This document shows, one piece after another, positions 19,533-29,407 of a stretch of 64,000 bases of DNA (position 1 is its first letter; every line of letters starts with the position of its first letter). The notes beneath the pieces are model-generated. The model saw only the letters and a program-made list of their open reading frames with translations, made no database searches and was not told where the DNA came from. This DNA comes from an uncultured Candidatus Saccharibacteria bacterium (GTDB taxonomy: Bacteria; Patescibacteriota; Minisyncoccia; Phycocordibacterales; JABMNX01), in assembly GCA_964575755.1 (NCBI GenBank), contig CAZNRH010000002.1, forward strand, positions 6,107-70,106. Reading direction: 5' to 3'. The translations under genes were made by a program, and so were the position numbers.

Positions 19533-19988
19533 CTATATCATTTCATTAAATTCACTCAAATGATGCACTGTGTATGTTGGTTTCCCAGTCTCTTCATTTG
19601 GTAATTCATCTTTAAATTTTCCATTTCGAAACCAAATTGTTGTAGTTCCGTTTTGATTACCCCATTTAATTCCTCTTATAACCCTGTCGTCGACTATTAC
19701 CGCTTCTTCGGGTTTGAGTTCTAGAGCCCTCAATGTTTTTGCGTACATACTATCTTTATCTTTTGTATCAAAGAGAATAGACTCGAAGTATTGTTCTAGA
19801 TTATTTTCTTTTATAATACGTAATCGTTCTTGTATTTTTTCTTCGCCAGCAGTTGCTAAAGCAACGATTGCTAAAATATATTTTTGAGATAGATGATCAA
19901 GTACTTCTATGGTGTCACTGAACAATCTCTCAGTCTCTGGATTATAAAGGGTTCTTCCCCAATCAAAAATAATAAGTTTCTTATTCAT
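19533..19988 (-). CDS. HAD-superfamily hydrolase
   Basis: IIFDWGRTL (motif I), VDDRVIRGI (motif IV-like). Confidence 0.8.
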   Translation of the reverse strand: MNKKLIIFDWGRTLYNPETERLFSDTIEVLDHLSQKYILAIVALATAGEEKIQERLRIIKENNLEQYFESILFDTKDKDSMYAKTLRALELKPEEAVIVDDRVIRGIKWGNQNGTTTIWFRNGKFKDELPNEETGKPTYTVHHLSEFNEMI

Positions 19989-20000
19989 AAAGACTGAAAG

Positions 20001-21062
20001 CTATTTTATAATACCTCCACCTAAACACTCATCTTTATTATATATAACAATAGATTGTCCACGAGCTAGTCCATGTTGTGGCTCTTTAAATACAACTTTC
20101 TCTCCTTCTATTTTACATTGATATAGTTCTCCACGATGTCTAATGCGGGCTGTGTATTCTTTCCCTGCTTCAGGAACTTTTGTTATCCAATTTATCTGCT
20201 CTAATAGGACTTCTCTTTTATTAAAATCTTTATCGTTTGGTTTATGAGAAACGGTGATGATATTTTTTTGTACATCTTTACTTACAATATAGTACGGCTT
20301 TCTGTCAGTGTTTTTCTCAAAAATTATAAAACCATGGCGTTGGCCGAGCGTGTATATTTCAGCACCATTGTGGGAGCCCACTATATCTCCCTTTGTATTA
20401 AATACATAGCCCTCTTTTAAATCTATATAATGACCAAGAAATTCTTCGAGATCCACGTGACCTAGGAAACAAATACCTTGGCTGTCTTTCTTGTCTGCGG
20501 TTGACAGATTATATTTCTTAGCTAGTTTACGTACTTTGTCTTTTTCCAAGCATCCGACAGGAAACAGTACCGAGCCCAGTTCTTTCTGTGTAAGAGTCCA
20601 TAAAAAGTATGTCTGGTCTTTGTTGTGGTCTACGCCCTGCAACATCTTAAATTGCTCACCATCTTTAACAACCTGAGCATAATGACCTGTTGCTATATAG
20701 TCTGCCCCGCTTTCTTTCGCAAACTTCATAAAGCTTCCAAATTTAATATATTTATTACACATCACATCAGGGTTTGGGGTTCGCCCTTTTTTATACTCAG
20801 AAATCATATAGTCTGCGACTTCTTCCTTGTACTCTTTTTCAAGGTCTAGTGTTAGGAACGGTATATCGAGCCGTACACAGACACGCATGGCATCTGTTCT
20901 TTCCTTTTCCCAATCACACTCTAGGAATTCAGGTTGCCACACCTTAATAAAGACTCCAACTACGTTATATCCAGCATCTTTAAGGAGCGCTGCGGAAACA
21001 GACGAGTCTACTCCACCACTAACTCCTACAAAGACTGTTCTATTTTCATTTTTCTTATTCAC
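20001..21062 (-). CDS. mnmA: tRNA 2-thiouridylase MnmA
   Basis: SGGVDSS, TPNPDVMCN, ATGHYA, KDQTYFL, DSQGICF. Confidence 0.98.
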   Translation of the reverse strand: MNKKNENRTVFVGVSGGVDSSVSAALLKDAGYNVVGVFIKVWQPEFLECDWEKERTDAMRVCVRLDIPFLTLDLEKEYKEEVADYMISEYKKGRTPNPDVMCNKYIKFGSFMKFAKESGADYIATGHYAQVVKDGEQFKMLQGVDHNKDQTYFLWTLTQKELGSVLFPVGCLEKDKVRKLAKKYNLSTADKKDSQGICFLGHVDLEEFLGHYIDLKEGYVFNTKGDIVGSHNGAEIYTLGQRHGFIIFEKNTDRKPYYIVSKDVQKNIITVSHKPNDKDFNKREVLLEQINWITKVPEAGKEYTARIRHRGELYQCKIEGEKVVFKEPQHGLARGQSIVIYNKDECLGGGIIK

Positions 21063-21082
21063 GAGATAGTTATATCACAACT

Positions 21083-22114
21083 TTAGTCTATATACTGCGC
21101 TTTCTTTCTGGAGTGCTCTGCGAAGGTTTTACTAAAATGCGTTATCCCGCTCTTATCTGCTAAATAGTAGTAATAGCCGTGTTTATTTGGAGTTACTGCT
21201 GCTAGGATTGAATCTAGTCCAGGGTTTGCAATAGGACCGGGTGGGAGTCCTCTATATTTATACGTGTTATACGGAGAATCTATTTGTAAATCTTCAAGAG
21301 ATAGTTGAGAAGTACCTTTTCCAAGAAGATATGCAAATGATGCATCAACCTGAAGTGCCATATTAACATCTATACGATTCCAAAGAACTCCAGAGATTTC
21401 GCGTTTTGTTTCAAAGTCCATGGCTTCTAACTCAATAATAGATGCCATGGTTATAATGTCTTCTATAGAAACCCCTGAACTTTTCATAAAATCTTCCATT
21501 TCTTTAGACACTTCTTTTAAGCGAGTATTAAAATTATCTTTCATTGTTTTGTACACTTCCTCCTCACTTACATTTGGTAAGAAATAATACGTGTCTGGAA
21601 ACAAGTACCCCTCGTCACTTTTAGATAAAGATATAAACTTCGCCATATCAAATGTTTCTATTGTGTTAGATAGATGTAGCGCAACTTCTTTGTTGTTTAA
21701 CCCCTCAGGAACCAATACCGTTATTGGAGTTAATCCAAAAACTCCACGAGTTATCCTGTAAGCGAGCGTGAATACTCCTTCTTTCTCATCTAAATAGTAT
21801 TCTCCCGCATGTGAGCTTTTCTCCCCTCCTAATAATATTATTCCTGCTCTAAATAGAAATGGAGAGCGTATAGCCCCAGATGATTCAAAATTCACAGTGA
21901 TATCTTTTAGTGTAGAGCCTTCTTCTACTTTAATGATTTGTTTTATTGGAAAATCAGATGGCACTCGAATCAGGGAGATATAAAAAGAGAAAGTTAGAAC
22001 AATAACTGAAAGTGTTATAGCTTTTTTTACGCGTGACCCAAACAATACTCTCAGTATGTGGACTGGTAAGTTTTCTTTTTGTGATATTTCTTGTAAGAGT
22101 TCGTCTGTGTTCAT
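21083..22114 (-). CDS. mltG: Endolytic transglycosylase MltG
   Basis: EGYLFPDTY, ASIIELE, LQVDAS, SPYNTY..GLPPGPIANPG. Confidence 0.95.
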   Translation of the reverse strand: MNTDELLQEISQKENLPVHILRVLFGSRVKKAITLSVIVLTFSFYISLIRVPSDFPIKQIIKVEEGSTLKDITVNFESSGAIRSPFLFRAGIILLGGEKSSHAGEYYLDEKEGVFTLAYRITRGVFGLTPITVLVPEGLNNKEVALHLSNTIETFDMAKFISLSKSDEGYLFPDTYYFLPNVSEEEVYKTMKDNFNTRLKEVSKEMEDFMKSSGVSIEDIITMASIIELEAMDFETKREISGVLWNRIDVNMALQVDASFAYLLGKGTSQLSLEDLQIDSPYNTYKYRGLPPGPIANPGLDSILAAVTPNKHGYYYYLADKSGITHFSKTFAEHSRKKAQYID

Positions 22115-22134
22115 TTCTCTCTATGATGGCTTTT

Positions 22135-23484
22135 TTATCCAATAGGTAGATTAGATGGAGCTTCTCCTTTTGTAGACTGAACACGTGGAAGTGTTGGTGC
22201 TTGTACAACTGACCCGGGGAAATGAAATATGGTAGCTAGCTCCTCTACATTAAGTACAAAAGGAGGGGTTTTGTATGGCTCGTGGAAATAAGAGCGACGC
22301 TTATAAGCATCAATAATTTCTCTTTTATTTCTCTCTTTTTTCCACCCAAAAAGGTCTTGCCATGGGTAGTCATACCCTATAAACCATCTTGTAGGTGCAA
22401 ACCCGTTAAGGCTCCCTGAATTAAGTTGTTTAAATGAAGAGGTTAACCCAGCAATATTTGATGGATTAAATTTGCCTGACTTAGAAATATAGATACCGCG
22501 TATTCCGATGTCAAATCCTAGTTTTGAAATACTTCGCTCAAGAGCTTTTATAGTATCCGTCTCACCAGGTGTAGGATTAGGAAATCCTGACCTTTCTTTG
22601 CCTTGCTCATCAGTATATTTAGGTGTTGCATTATCTCGTATCTCATCTATCTCTTCCTTTGCTTCTTCTTTCCAGCTCGTAGTTTGTGTAAATAAAGACC
22701 CTCCTTTGTACTTTCTATCATCTTTTAACTTATCTTTATTTGTACGTATTAAAATCTGGAACCACAACTGTTCATCAGGACCGATATGTCCAAGGAATTC
22801 AAAGAAACCTGCCATCGGATCTATTTTAAACTCCTCTTTTGGGTCTTTATCAAGCCCATAGTCAATATATGTCTTGATTGGGTAAGCATCTTTCTTTGTT
22901 AATTTAAAATCGCATCCCCATAAATCATATGCGTCAGTGCTGTACCGTAGCTTTTTTGCATAATCATCTACTTCATGGATTTCTACCATAGGATATTGAC
23001 CGTATATTTGAGCCTCTACAACATCTCTAAGGAATTTACTAGTGTATATATAGAAGTGTATTTCTCCGCCGAGAGAAACCATCTCTAGTGAGTACCAAGA
23101 TCTTACCTTGCCTTGAAAACTCCTATTAATAAAAGTGGTTTCTCCCATACCAATATGAATATTACTTAAAACTGTTTCCATAGCTAGTGGGGAGCGTACT
23201 ACCTCACGTGGTAAACGGATTTCAAGTAAAACATACTCTTGTTTGTTTATGGACTTAGCGCGAATATATTTAATCCATATTTTCCAAAATACAACAACTA
23301 ATACAAAAGGTAACCAAACTGGAGAAGATAAGAAAATTGTTTCAAACGTTGGCCCCAGATTTAATTCAAGTATAGAAGAAGTAAACCATAGTAGTCCAAG
23401 AAATACAGCTACTAAAAACCAAGCAGAAGAAAATTCAAAACCTTCGAGTGTTTTACTTACGTCTTTTAATGGGTTTACAGACAT
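22135..23484 (-). CDS. Conserved CPR-type hypothetical membrane protein
   Basis: Two N-terminal TMs; LLEIRLP, YSLEMVS, IYGQYP, YPIKTY, LNVEELATIFHFP. Confidence 0.75.
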   Translation of the reverse strand: MSVNPLKDVSKTLEGFEFSSAWFLVAVFLGLLWFTSSILELNLGPTFETIFLSSPVWLPFVLVVVFWKIWIKYIRAKSINKQEYVLLEIRLPREVVRSPLAMETVLSNIHIGMGETTFINRSFQGKVRSWYSLEMVSLGGEIHFYIYTSKFLRDVVEAQIYGQYPMVEIHEVDDYAKKLRYSTDAYDLWGCDFKLTKKDAYPIKTYIDYGLDKDPKEEFKIDPMAGFFEFLGHIGPDEQLWFQILIRTNKDKLKDDRKYKGGSLFTQTTSWKEEAKEEIDEIRDNATPKYTDEQGKERSGFPNPTPGETDTIKALERSISKLGFDIGIRGIYISKSGKFNPSNIAGLTSSFKQLNSGSLNGFAPTRWFIGYDYPWQDLFGWKKERNKREIIDAYKRRSYFHEPYKTPPFVLNVEELATIFHFPGSVVQAPTLPRVQSTKGEAPSNLPIG

Positions 23485-23529
23485 TGTGTTAAATTATACA
23501 ACCTGTTTACTCAAGAGCAAAGCGATTGA

Positions 23530-23681
23530 TTTGCACTAAAGCGCCGCGACTTATACTCAATCGTTCCACTCTTGAATAAGTCGGTTGTAAACAGCAGTGC
23601 TCTGTGAGTACAACCGATTTCTCTAGAAGTGCAACCAGTTCGTTCAAGAGTGAAACGATTGGATACAAACAGCAGTGCAAA
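23530..23681. ncRNA. Candidate rod-shaped structured RNA (strand unresolved)
   Basis: Nested IRs 23530-37/23674-81, 23558-76/23643-61 and 23581-89/23609-17; 12-mer aaacagcagtgc occurs twice; no ORF. Confidence 0.45.
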
Positions 23682-23734
23682 GTCCATGTATAGTGAAAAA
23701 TAGAATAGTTATTATTACAGTGGCTCGGACACTC

Positions 23735-23775
23735 AAAACATAAACACTCCAGTATAGCTGGAGTGTTTATGTTTT
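23735..23775. terminator. 18-bp-stem hairpin, bidirectional-type terminator
   Basis: aaaacataaacactccag-tatag-ctggagtgtttatgtttt. Confidence 0.75.
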
Positions 23776-23792
23776 TAGAGATGGTTTAATAA

Positions 23793-24821
23793 TTAAACTA
23801 TTGAGTACTTACCTCCTTTATCTTTCTTAAATACTGTAACATCCTGTAGGTTTACTAAAATAGTATTATCCTTTACGTAACGCTCTTTTCGTATTTTATC
23901 AATAAGGTCTTCTTTGGTTAAAGGACCTTCTTTTGAAAGGATGCTACGAAGTACGTCTTTTACTACTCCGCTTGAGTACCCCCATTCCTCAAGGGCATAA
24001 AGACCTCTTCCTACAAGCACAAATCGTTTATCTTTGATAAGTTCATTGTGACAAGTTGCAACATGAGCCTTTTTATTAAATAAGTCAGTAATCATACGTG
24101 CAACTTCTGTAAAATGCATTGGTGAGCCATGACGTTTTATTGCAAGATACGCAAAATCCCTCATTCCTTTTGCTCGTACGTTTGAAGATGTAGTTTGACC
24201 CCATTCACCAAGTGGGTTCTTGGAGATTGTTTTTGAAAGAGATAACCAGCGACGTAATATTTCGTCTTGTAGATATTGTTCATTAAGATGCTTAACTTCG
24301 TCTAGAAATGAATCAATTAGTTTTGATTCTACAACAAGCTCATCATCTGAAAGATTCGAATAAAGATTACGTAAAGCTTTATGAACATCTTCAGCAAGAT
24401 CTTCATCTATATACCATCGTGGTGTAAATTCAGAATCTTCTTTTTTATATACAAAGTGATTACCCAAAACTAGTAAGAAATGGATATGGTTTTGTGTTCC
24501 ACTGTCCTTAGAGATACTCGAGAGTAGTTCTTCTTCTGAAATAACTCCTCCAAGTGAATCGATATATTTTTCTAGTTCGTCGAAAATGCCAGTTGTACTT
24601 TCAAATATGTCTGATTTACGGATACTAGCTAAGGCATGGTTTTCAATCTGGCGGACTCGTTCTCGAGTGATGCCATATCTTTCACCAATAGACTCTAGAG
24701 TCTTTTTCTCAGTATCTTTCCCAAGACCATAACGACTAGTAAGAATCTCTCCAGATCTCTCTGGAAGAGCTCCAAGAAGTGTCTTGGTTATTTGCTTTGG
24801 TTTGAATGTAATTTTCGCCAT
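23793..24821 (-). CDS. Sigma-70 region-4-like HTH protein with C-terminal winged-helix (HARE-HTH/RNAP delta-like) domain; probable start ATG 24821
   Basis: RYGL..TLESIGERYGITRERVRQIE; PMHFTEVA..HNELIKDKRFVLVGRGLYALEEWG. Confidence 0.8.
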   Translation of the reverse strand: MAKITFKPKQITKTLLGALPERSGEILTSRYGLGKDTEKKTLESIGERYGITRERVRQIENHALASIRKSDIFESTTGIFDELEKYIDSLGGVISEEELLSSISKDSGTQNHIHFLLVLGNHFVYKKEDSEFTPRWYIDEDLAEDVHKALRNLYSNLSDDELVVESKLIDSFLDEVKHLNEQYLQDEILRRWLSLSKTISKNPLGEWGQTTSSNVRAKGMRDFAYLAIKRHGSPMHFTEVARMITDLFNKKAHVATCHNELIKDKRFVLVGRGLYALEEWGYSSGVVKDVLRSILSKEGPLTKEDLIDKIRKERYVKDNTILVNLQDVTVFKKDKGGKYSIV

Positions 24822-24903
24822 AAATATATTGATAAGTGTTGAATAGTGTACTCTAATTTCTGTCATTTGTCTAGTGCTTCGTCAAGTACCACGTCCTATA
24901 CGG

Positions 24904-27786
24904 CTAAATAACTATATTTATAAGCTTATTTTCGACATAGAATGTCTTTTTAGCCTCACCTTCTAGCCATTTAGAAAATTTGCTGTCAGCCCGAACCAGC
25001 TTTATAGCATCATCCTTACTTATCCCAGAATTAGCTTCTATGGTTCCTCGTGTCTTACCGTTTATCTGTACGGCTATAAAGACAGTGCCAGAAACAAGTT
25101 TAGATTCGTCAAATTGTGGCCATTTTTCAAGATGGATAGAGGTCACATCGTTTTTCTTTAGAATTTTCGCCTGCAAGTCAAACCAAAGTTCTTCTGTTAT
25201 ATGTGGAGCAAATGGTGCAACAAGCTTAAATATTGTTTCCAATTGTGGAGTTGTGATTTGACGGCTCTTAGTGTTAGTTACTTTCACTTTATGCGATATA
25301 GTTTTATCTTCTTCATATATATTATTCAAGAGAACCATTAAAGAAGATACTGCTGTATTGAATTTCATTTGATCAATATCATCATTCACTTTTTTAATTG
25401 TATTATGTAATAAATTAGAGAAAGAGTTGTCCCATTCATCTAAATCATAATCTTTTCCATTATCATCTATATAATTCTTTTTCCAATCGTTGTGGTAATA
25501 ATTCCACATCTTTTCTAGAAACCTTCTTGCTCCAGCAATATTATCTGTATTCCATATTATTGTCTGATCAAAAGGACCCATAAACATTTCATATATACGC
25601 AAAGTATCAGCCCCAACTGTTTTTATAACATAATCTGGGTTTATAGCATTACCTTTTGATTTAGACATTTTAGACCCATCTTCAGCTAAAATCATTCCCT
25701 GGGAAGTTCTTTTCATATATGGTTCTGAGGATGGAACAATACCGATGTCATATAAAAATTTATGCCAAAATCGTGAATACAGTAAATGAAGAGTTGTATG
25801 TTCCATACCCCCGTTGTACCAATCTACAGGGGTCCAATATTTTAACTTATCTTTTCCTGCAAATTCATCCTCATTTTTAGGATCAGTATATCGTAAGAAA
25901 TACCACGAAGAACCAGCCCAATTAGGCATCGTGTCTGTTTCTCTTTTTGCGGAACCATTACATTTTGGACAAGTAGTATTTACCCAATCTTCAGCAGAAG
26001 CTAAAGGAGATTCCCCATCATCAGTTGGTTTATAATTCTCAACTTCTGGAAGCTCTAAAGGAAGACTGTCTTCTGGTACTGGAACCCACCCACATTTTCC
26101 ACAATTAATCATCGGTATCGGTTCTCCCCAATATCTTTGACGTGAGAATATCCAATCGCGAAGCTTGTATGTGGTCTTCATCTTTCCGCCGACAAACTTA
26201 GTAATCTTTTCCTTAGCATCTTCACTTGTTAGTCCATCAAATTTTTCGGAATTCTCTAACATTCCTTCATTAGAATGAATAATTATATTTTTATAAAATC
26301 CATTTTCTGCTTTTGCTAGCCAACTCCAAACATTCCTAGCTTTCCACTCTAATCCAACTTTTTTATTATGAAAAAATTCATAGCATTTTTTATCAACTTC
26401 AGCCCAATTGCTTGAGTCAAGCTTATATGTCGAAATACTATTATCAGTATTTTTGAAATTAAATATAATTCCAATAGGTCCAACGTATTCATTCCAAAAT
26501 CCCACAGGCAATTTCTCTTGCACCAATTTTTCAAAAGCAACTATTGTGCTTACAGGGAACTCAACTTTCTTTATTATTTCATCATATTTATCGTTATTGG
26601 TTTTAATCTCTTCAACGATTTTTACCCCAATTGACTCTAAATCAGCTTTTTTAATGTTATGTCCCCAAACAATACTTCGAACTATGTCTTTATTCGCTAT
26701 CACTCGTTGTATTGGCAAATCAAATTTATCTGCGAACTGATAATCACGCTCATCATGCGCCGGCACTGCCATAATTGCTCCTGTTCCATACCCAGAAAGT
26801 ACATAGTCCGCTATAAAAATCGGAATCTCTTCGCTATTTGCAGGATTTATCGCTTTCACACCCTTTAATTCGACCCCCGTCTTTTCTTTTCCTTCTGCAG
26901 TACGTTCAATTTCAGGCTTACTCACAGCTTCCTTAACATATTCCTCCACCTCTTTATAATTCGTAATTCCTAACTTATTATCCTTTAACAGCTCATGTTC
27001 TGGGGCCAAGACTACATAAGTAGCTCCAAATAATGTGTCGGGGCGCGTCGTAAAGACTTTTACTTTTTTATTACCTCCGGCAATTCTAAAATCTATTTCA
27101 GCTCCCTCGCTCCTTCCGATCCAATTCCTTTGTTGAGTTTTTATTCGATCAAGGTAATCCACTTCATCAAGATCATCATAAAGTCTTTGGGCGTAATTGG
27201 TTATCTTCAACATCCACTGTTCTTTTTCTCGCCTTTCAGTTTCTCCTCCACACCGTTCACATAACCCGTCTATTACTTCTTCATTTGCTAATCCAGTTTT
27301 GCAATCAATACACCAATTTATTGGCATCTTTGATTTGTATGCTAACCCCTTTTCAAAAAGTTTAATAAAAATCCACTGCGTCCATTTATAATATTCTGGG
27401 TCAGTTGTATTTATCTCCCTATCCCAGTCAAAGGAAAATCCCATCGATTTGAGTTGTTCTCTAAACTTATCTGTATTCTGTTTTGTAACTTCCTTAGGAT
27501 GTATACCTGTCTTAAGTGCATAATTTTCTGTAGGTAATCCAAAAGCATCCCACCCTATTGGGTAAAGAACATTAAATCCTTCCGCTCTCTTTTTCCGTGC
27601 GACGATATCTAAGGCCGTGTAGCTTCTTGCGTGTCCAACATGTAATCCATCTCCAGAAGGATAAGGAAACTCAACCAATAAATACATTTTTTCTTTTTTT
27701 GAACCGTCTATGGCTTTATTCTGCCCATCTTCAGCCCATTTATCTTGCCATTTTTTTTCAACTTCCTTATGATTATACAAAGACAT
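24904..27786 (-). CDS. leuS: Leucine--tRNA ligase with an extra inserted domain
   Basis: HVGH, FTTRPDT, GTGAIMAVPAHDERD, SRQRYWGEP, KMSKS. Confidence 0.98.
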   Translation of the reverse strand: MSLYNHKEVEKKWQDKWAEDGQNKAIDGSKKEKMYLLVEFPYPSGDGLHVGHARSYTALDIVARKKRAEGFNVLYPIGWDAFGLPTENYALKTGIHPKEVTKQNTDKFREQLKSMGFSFDWDREINTTDPEYYKWTQWIFIKLFEKGLAYKSKMPINWCIDCKTGLANEEVIDGLCERCGGETERREKEQWMLKITNYAQRLYDDLDEVDYLDRIKTQQRNWIGRSEGAEIDFRIAGGNKKVKVFTTRPDTLFGATYVVLAPEHELLKDNKLGITNYKEVEEYVKEAVSKPEIERTAEGKEKTGVELKGVKAINPANSEEIPIFIADYVLSGYGTGAIMAVPAHDERDYQFADKFDLPIQRVIANKDIVRSIVWGHNIKKADLESIGVKIVEEIKTNNDKYDEIIKKVEFPVSTIVAFEKLVQEKLPVGFWNEYVGPIGIIFNFKNTDNSISTYKLDSSNWAEVDKKCYEFFHNKKVGLEWKARNVWSWLAKAENGFYKNIIIHSNEGMLENSEKFDGLTSEDAKEKITKFVGGKMKTTYKLRDWIFSRQRYWGEPIPMINCGKCGWVPVPEDSLPLELPEVENYKPTDDGESPLASAEDWVNTTCPKCNGSAKRETDTMPNWAGSSWYFLRYTDPKNEDEFAGKDKLKYWTPVDWYNGGMEHTTLHLLYSRFWHKFLYDIGIVPSSEPYMKRTSQGMILAEDGSKMSKSKGNAINPDYVIKTVGADTLRIYEMFMGPFDQTIIWNTDNIAGARRFLEKMWNYYHNDWKKNYIDDNGKDYDLDEWDNSFSNLLHNTIKKVNDDIDQMKFNTAVSSLMVLLNNIYEEDKTISHKVKVTNTKSRQITTPQLETIFKLVAPFAPHITEELWFDLQAKILKKNDVTSIHLEKWPQFDESKLVSGTVFIAVQINGKTRGTIEANSGISKDDAIKLVRADSKFSKWLEGEAKKTFYVENKLINIVI

Positions 27787-27800
27787 AGTTTATATCTATT

Positions 27801-28763
27801 TTAGAACCTTTCTTTAAATGGTTGGAATGTATCTGGGTCAATTGTTCGTTCAAAACAGGTCTCGCCAACGCCATGAGACCAATTTTTGTCATCTATAGCA
27901 TACCTGTACTCTAAAGACCTACTCCATACATTTTGTTGCGCGATACCCCCTGTATCTGTAGGTTCATATTCTCTACTTTCTTTGTTAAAGTCTGCACATA
28001 GTTTAAAGGTAAGCTCTCCCATCACCTCATAGCCATATGCTTTTCCAGTTTGAGAGTCTTCTGGAAGAATATATCCAACAAGCGGGTCTTCTAGGTCTAC
28101 TAACTTATTTGGTAGTTGTTCTTTTTGTTGGTAGTGATTTATGATTTGCCATTGAATATTTGAAAGATCTCTTAATTTATCTTGGTCAAACCTAATATCA
28201 CGCATTGATTGGGGTGATCCCATAATAAAGAATCCAAGAACAATAACAGCGACCACTAACACAGAAACACCTGCGCCAATACTTTGGGAAAGTTTCTTAG
28301 ACGTTTCCCATTTACCCTTTAGGTCGTAAAAGTAATATAGAAATACACCACCGATAACGACTAGAATAGATAGAACTTTAAGTATAAAACCAAAAGTAAG
28401 TTCTTCTCCTCCAAGGAATGTGTTTATAAGAACAATGAGGTCGATAATAATAGTTACTCCAGCCACAAAAAGAGTTAGGAAAATAAGCCACTTCCTTACA
28501 CCGATATCTTTTTTCTCTGGGTTCTGTCTTACTTCTTTATTAACAAGTCTTGTTAGATAAATATACAGAGGGAAAATAACAATCAGCGACGCAATTGCGA
28601 ATCGTATCGCTCCAGAGTATGGGTCATAAAAAGCGTTCTTTAATGAGTCTTCAAACAGCACATCTATGTATTGGAAAAGTAGAGTTAGTAAGCTAATGGA
28701 GCTGATATAAAGAGTAATAATTACTCCGATCCAAAGGAAGAAATCTTTAGGTGTTGTTTTCAT
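27801..28763 (-). CDS. Multi-pass membrane protein (DUF5671-like)
   Basis: PKDFFLW, RKWLIFLTLF, GSP..R..RFD, LCADF; family recalled, not searched. Confidence 0.65.
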   Translation of the reverse strand: MKTTPKDFFLWIGVIITLYISSISLLTLLFQYIDVLFEDSLKNAFYDPYSGAIRFAIASLIVIFPLYIYLTRLVNKEVRQNPEKKDIGVRKWLIFLTLFVAGVTIIIDLIVLINTFLGGEELTFGFILKVLSILVVIGGVFLYYFYDLKGKWETSKKLSQSIGAGVSVLVVAVIVLGFFIMGSPQSMRDIRFDQDKLRDLSNIQWQIINHYQQKEQLPNKLVDLEDPLVGYILPEDSQTGKAYGYEVMGELTFKLCADFNKESREYEPTDTGGIAQQNVWSRSLEYRYAIDDKNWSHGVGETCFERTIDPDTFQPFKERF

Positions 28764-28853
28764 ATGGCTTATATAATATGGATACGTTACTACTAATTAA
28801 AACAAAGTATACCCCGCAAATGAGGGGTATACAACACATAGAAAAATAGAGAT

Positions 28854-28894
28854 AAAAAAGACGACCCGCTTAGCTTTACGCTTACGGGTCGTTC
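28854..28894 (-). terminator. Intrinsic terminator
   Basis: acgacccg/cgggtcgt stem followed by a T-run on the minus strand. Confidence 0.65.
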
Positions 28895-29341
28895 ATTAGT
28901 TTTATTGTGGTGAGGAAATTGCCCACGCTATTTTGAATTGCTTCCGCAATAAAGCCTCTGTCAACAAGGTCAGATATAGAGAAGCTAAACCTATCATGAA
29001 GATTAGATTTTCCAGACCATCCACCTTCGTCTATTACTGAATTTCCGTCGGTTAAGATATATAGAGATTGGTAAAATAATATAGAATTTATTTATACCAG
29101 CCTTCATAACAGGTTCAGGCTTGCCAGCAATTAGGATGACACGTACTTTATACGGATCATCTTTAAAACATCTGAAACCGAGAAAAGAGAAATTACTCTC
29201 AAGTGCTAAGTCAACAGAAGGCTCTCCTGATGGAAATATGTAAATACACTCATCAGCTACTTTTAACCGTTCTCCAGCGCTTACTGTTTTTAACCCTAAT
29301 CCTAAAAACAGTATTAGAGTAACAGAAAACAAATATTTCAT
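28882..29341 (-). pseudogene. Secreted ORFan protein gene frameshifted by a 4-bp tandem duplication
   Basis: Signal-peptide N-terminus; removing one ttta unit at 29087-29094 joins the 29341 ORF to an open frame ending at 28882 (151 aa) next to the terminator. Confidence 0.6.
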
Positions 29342-29407
29342 TGCCCGTATCCCTTCAAACTATATTTATTCTGAAGAAACCGTACCACTTTATTACATAA
29401 AGTCAAT

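Noticed and set aside
26280-26690. Intein or intron in leuS
   Set aside because: In frame, with no splice-junction residues and no endonuclease motif.
29342-29352. TACGGG near the ATG at 29341 as a fifth start-codon element
   Set aside because: No matching upstream arm and no TGRA duplication.
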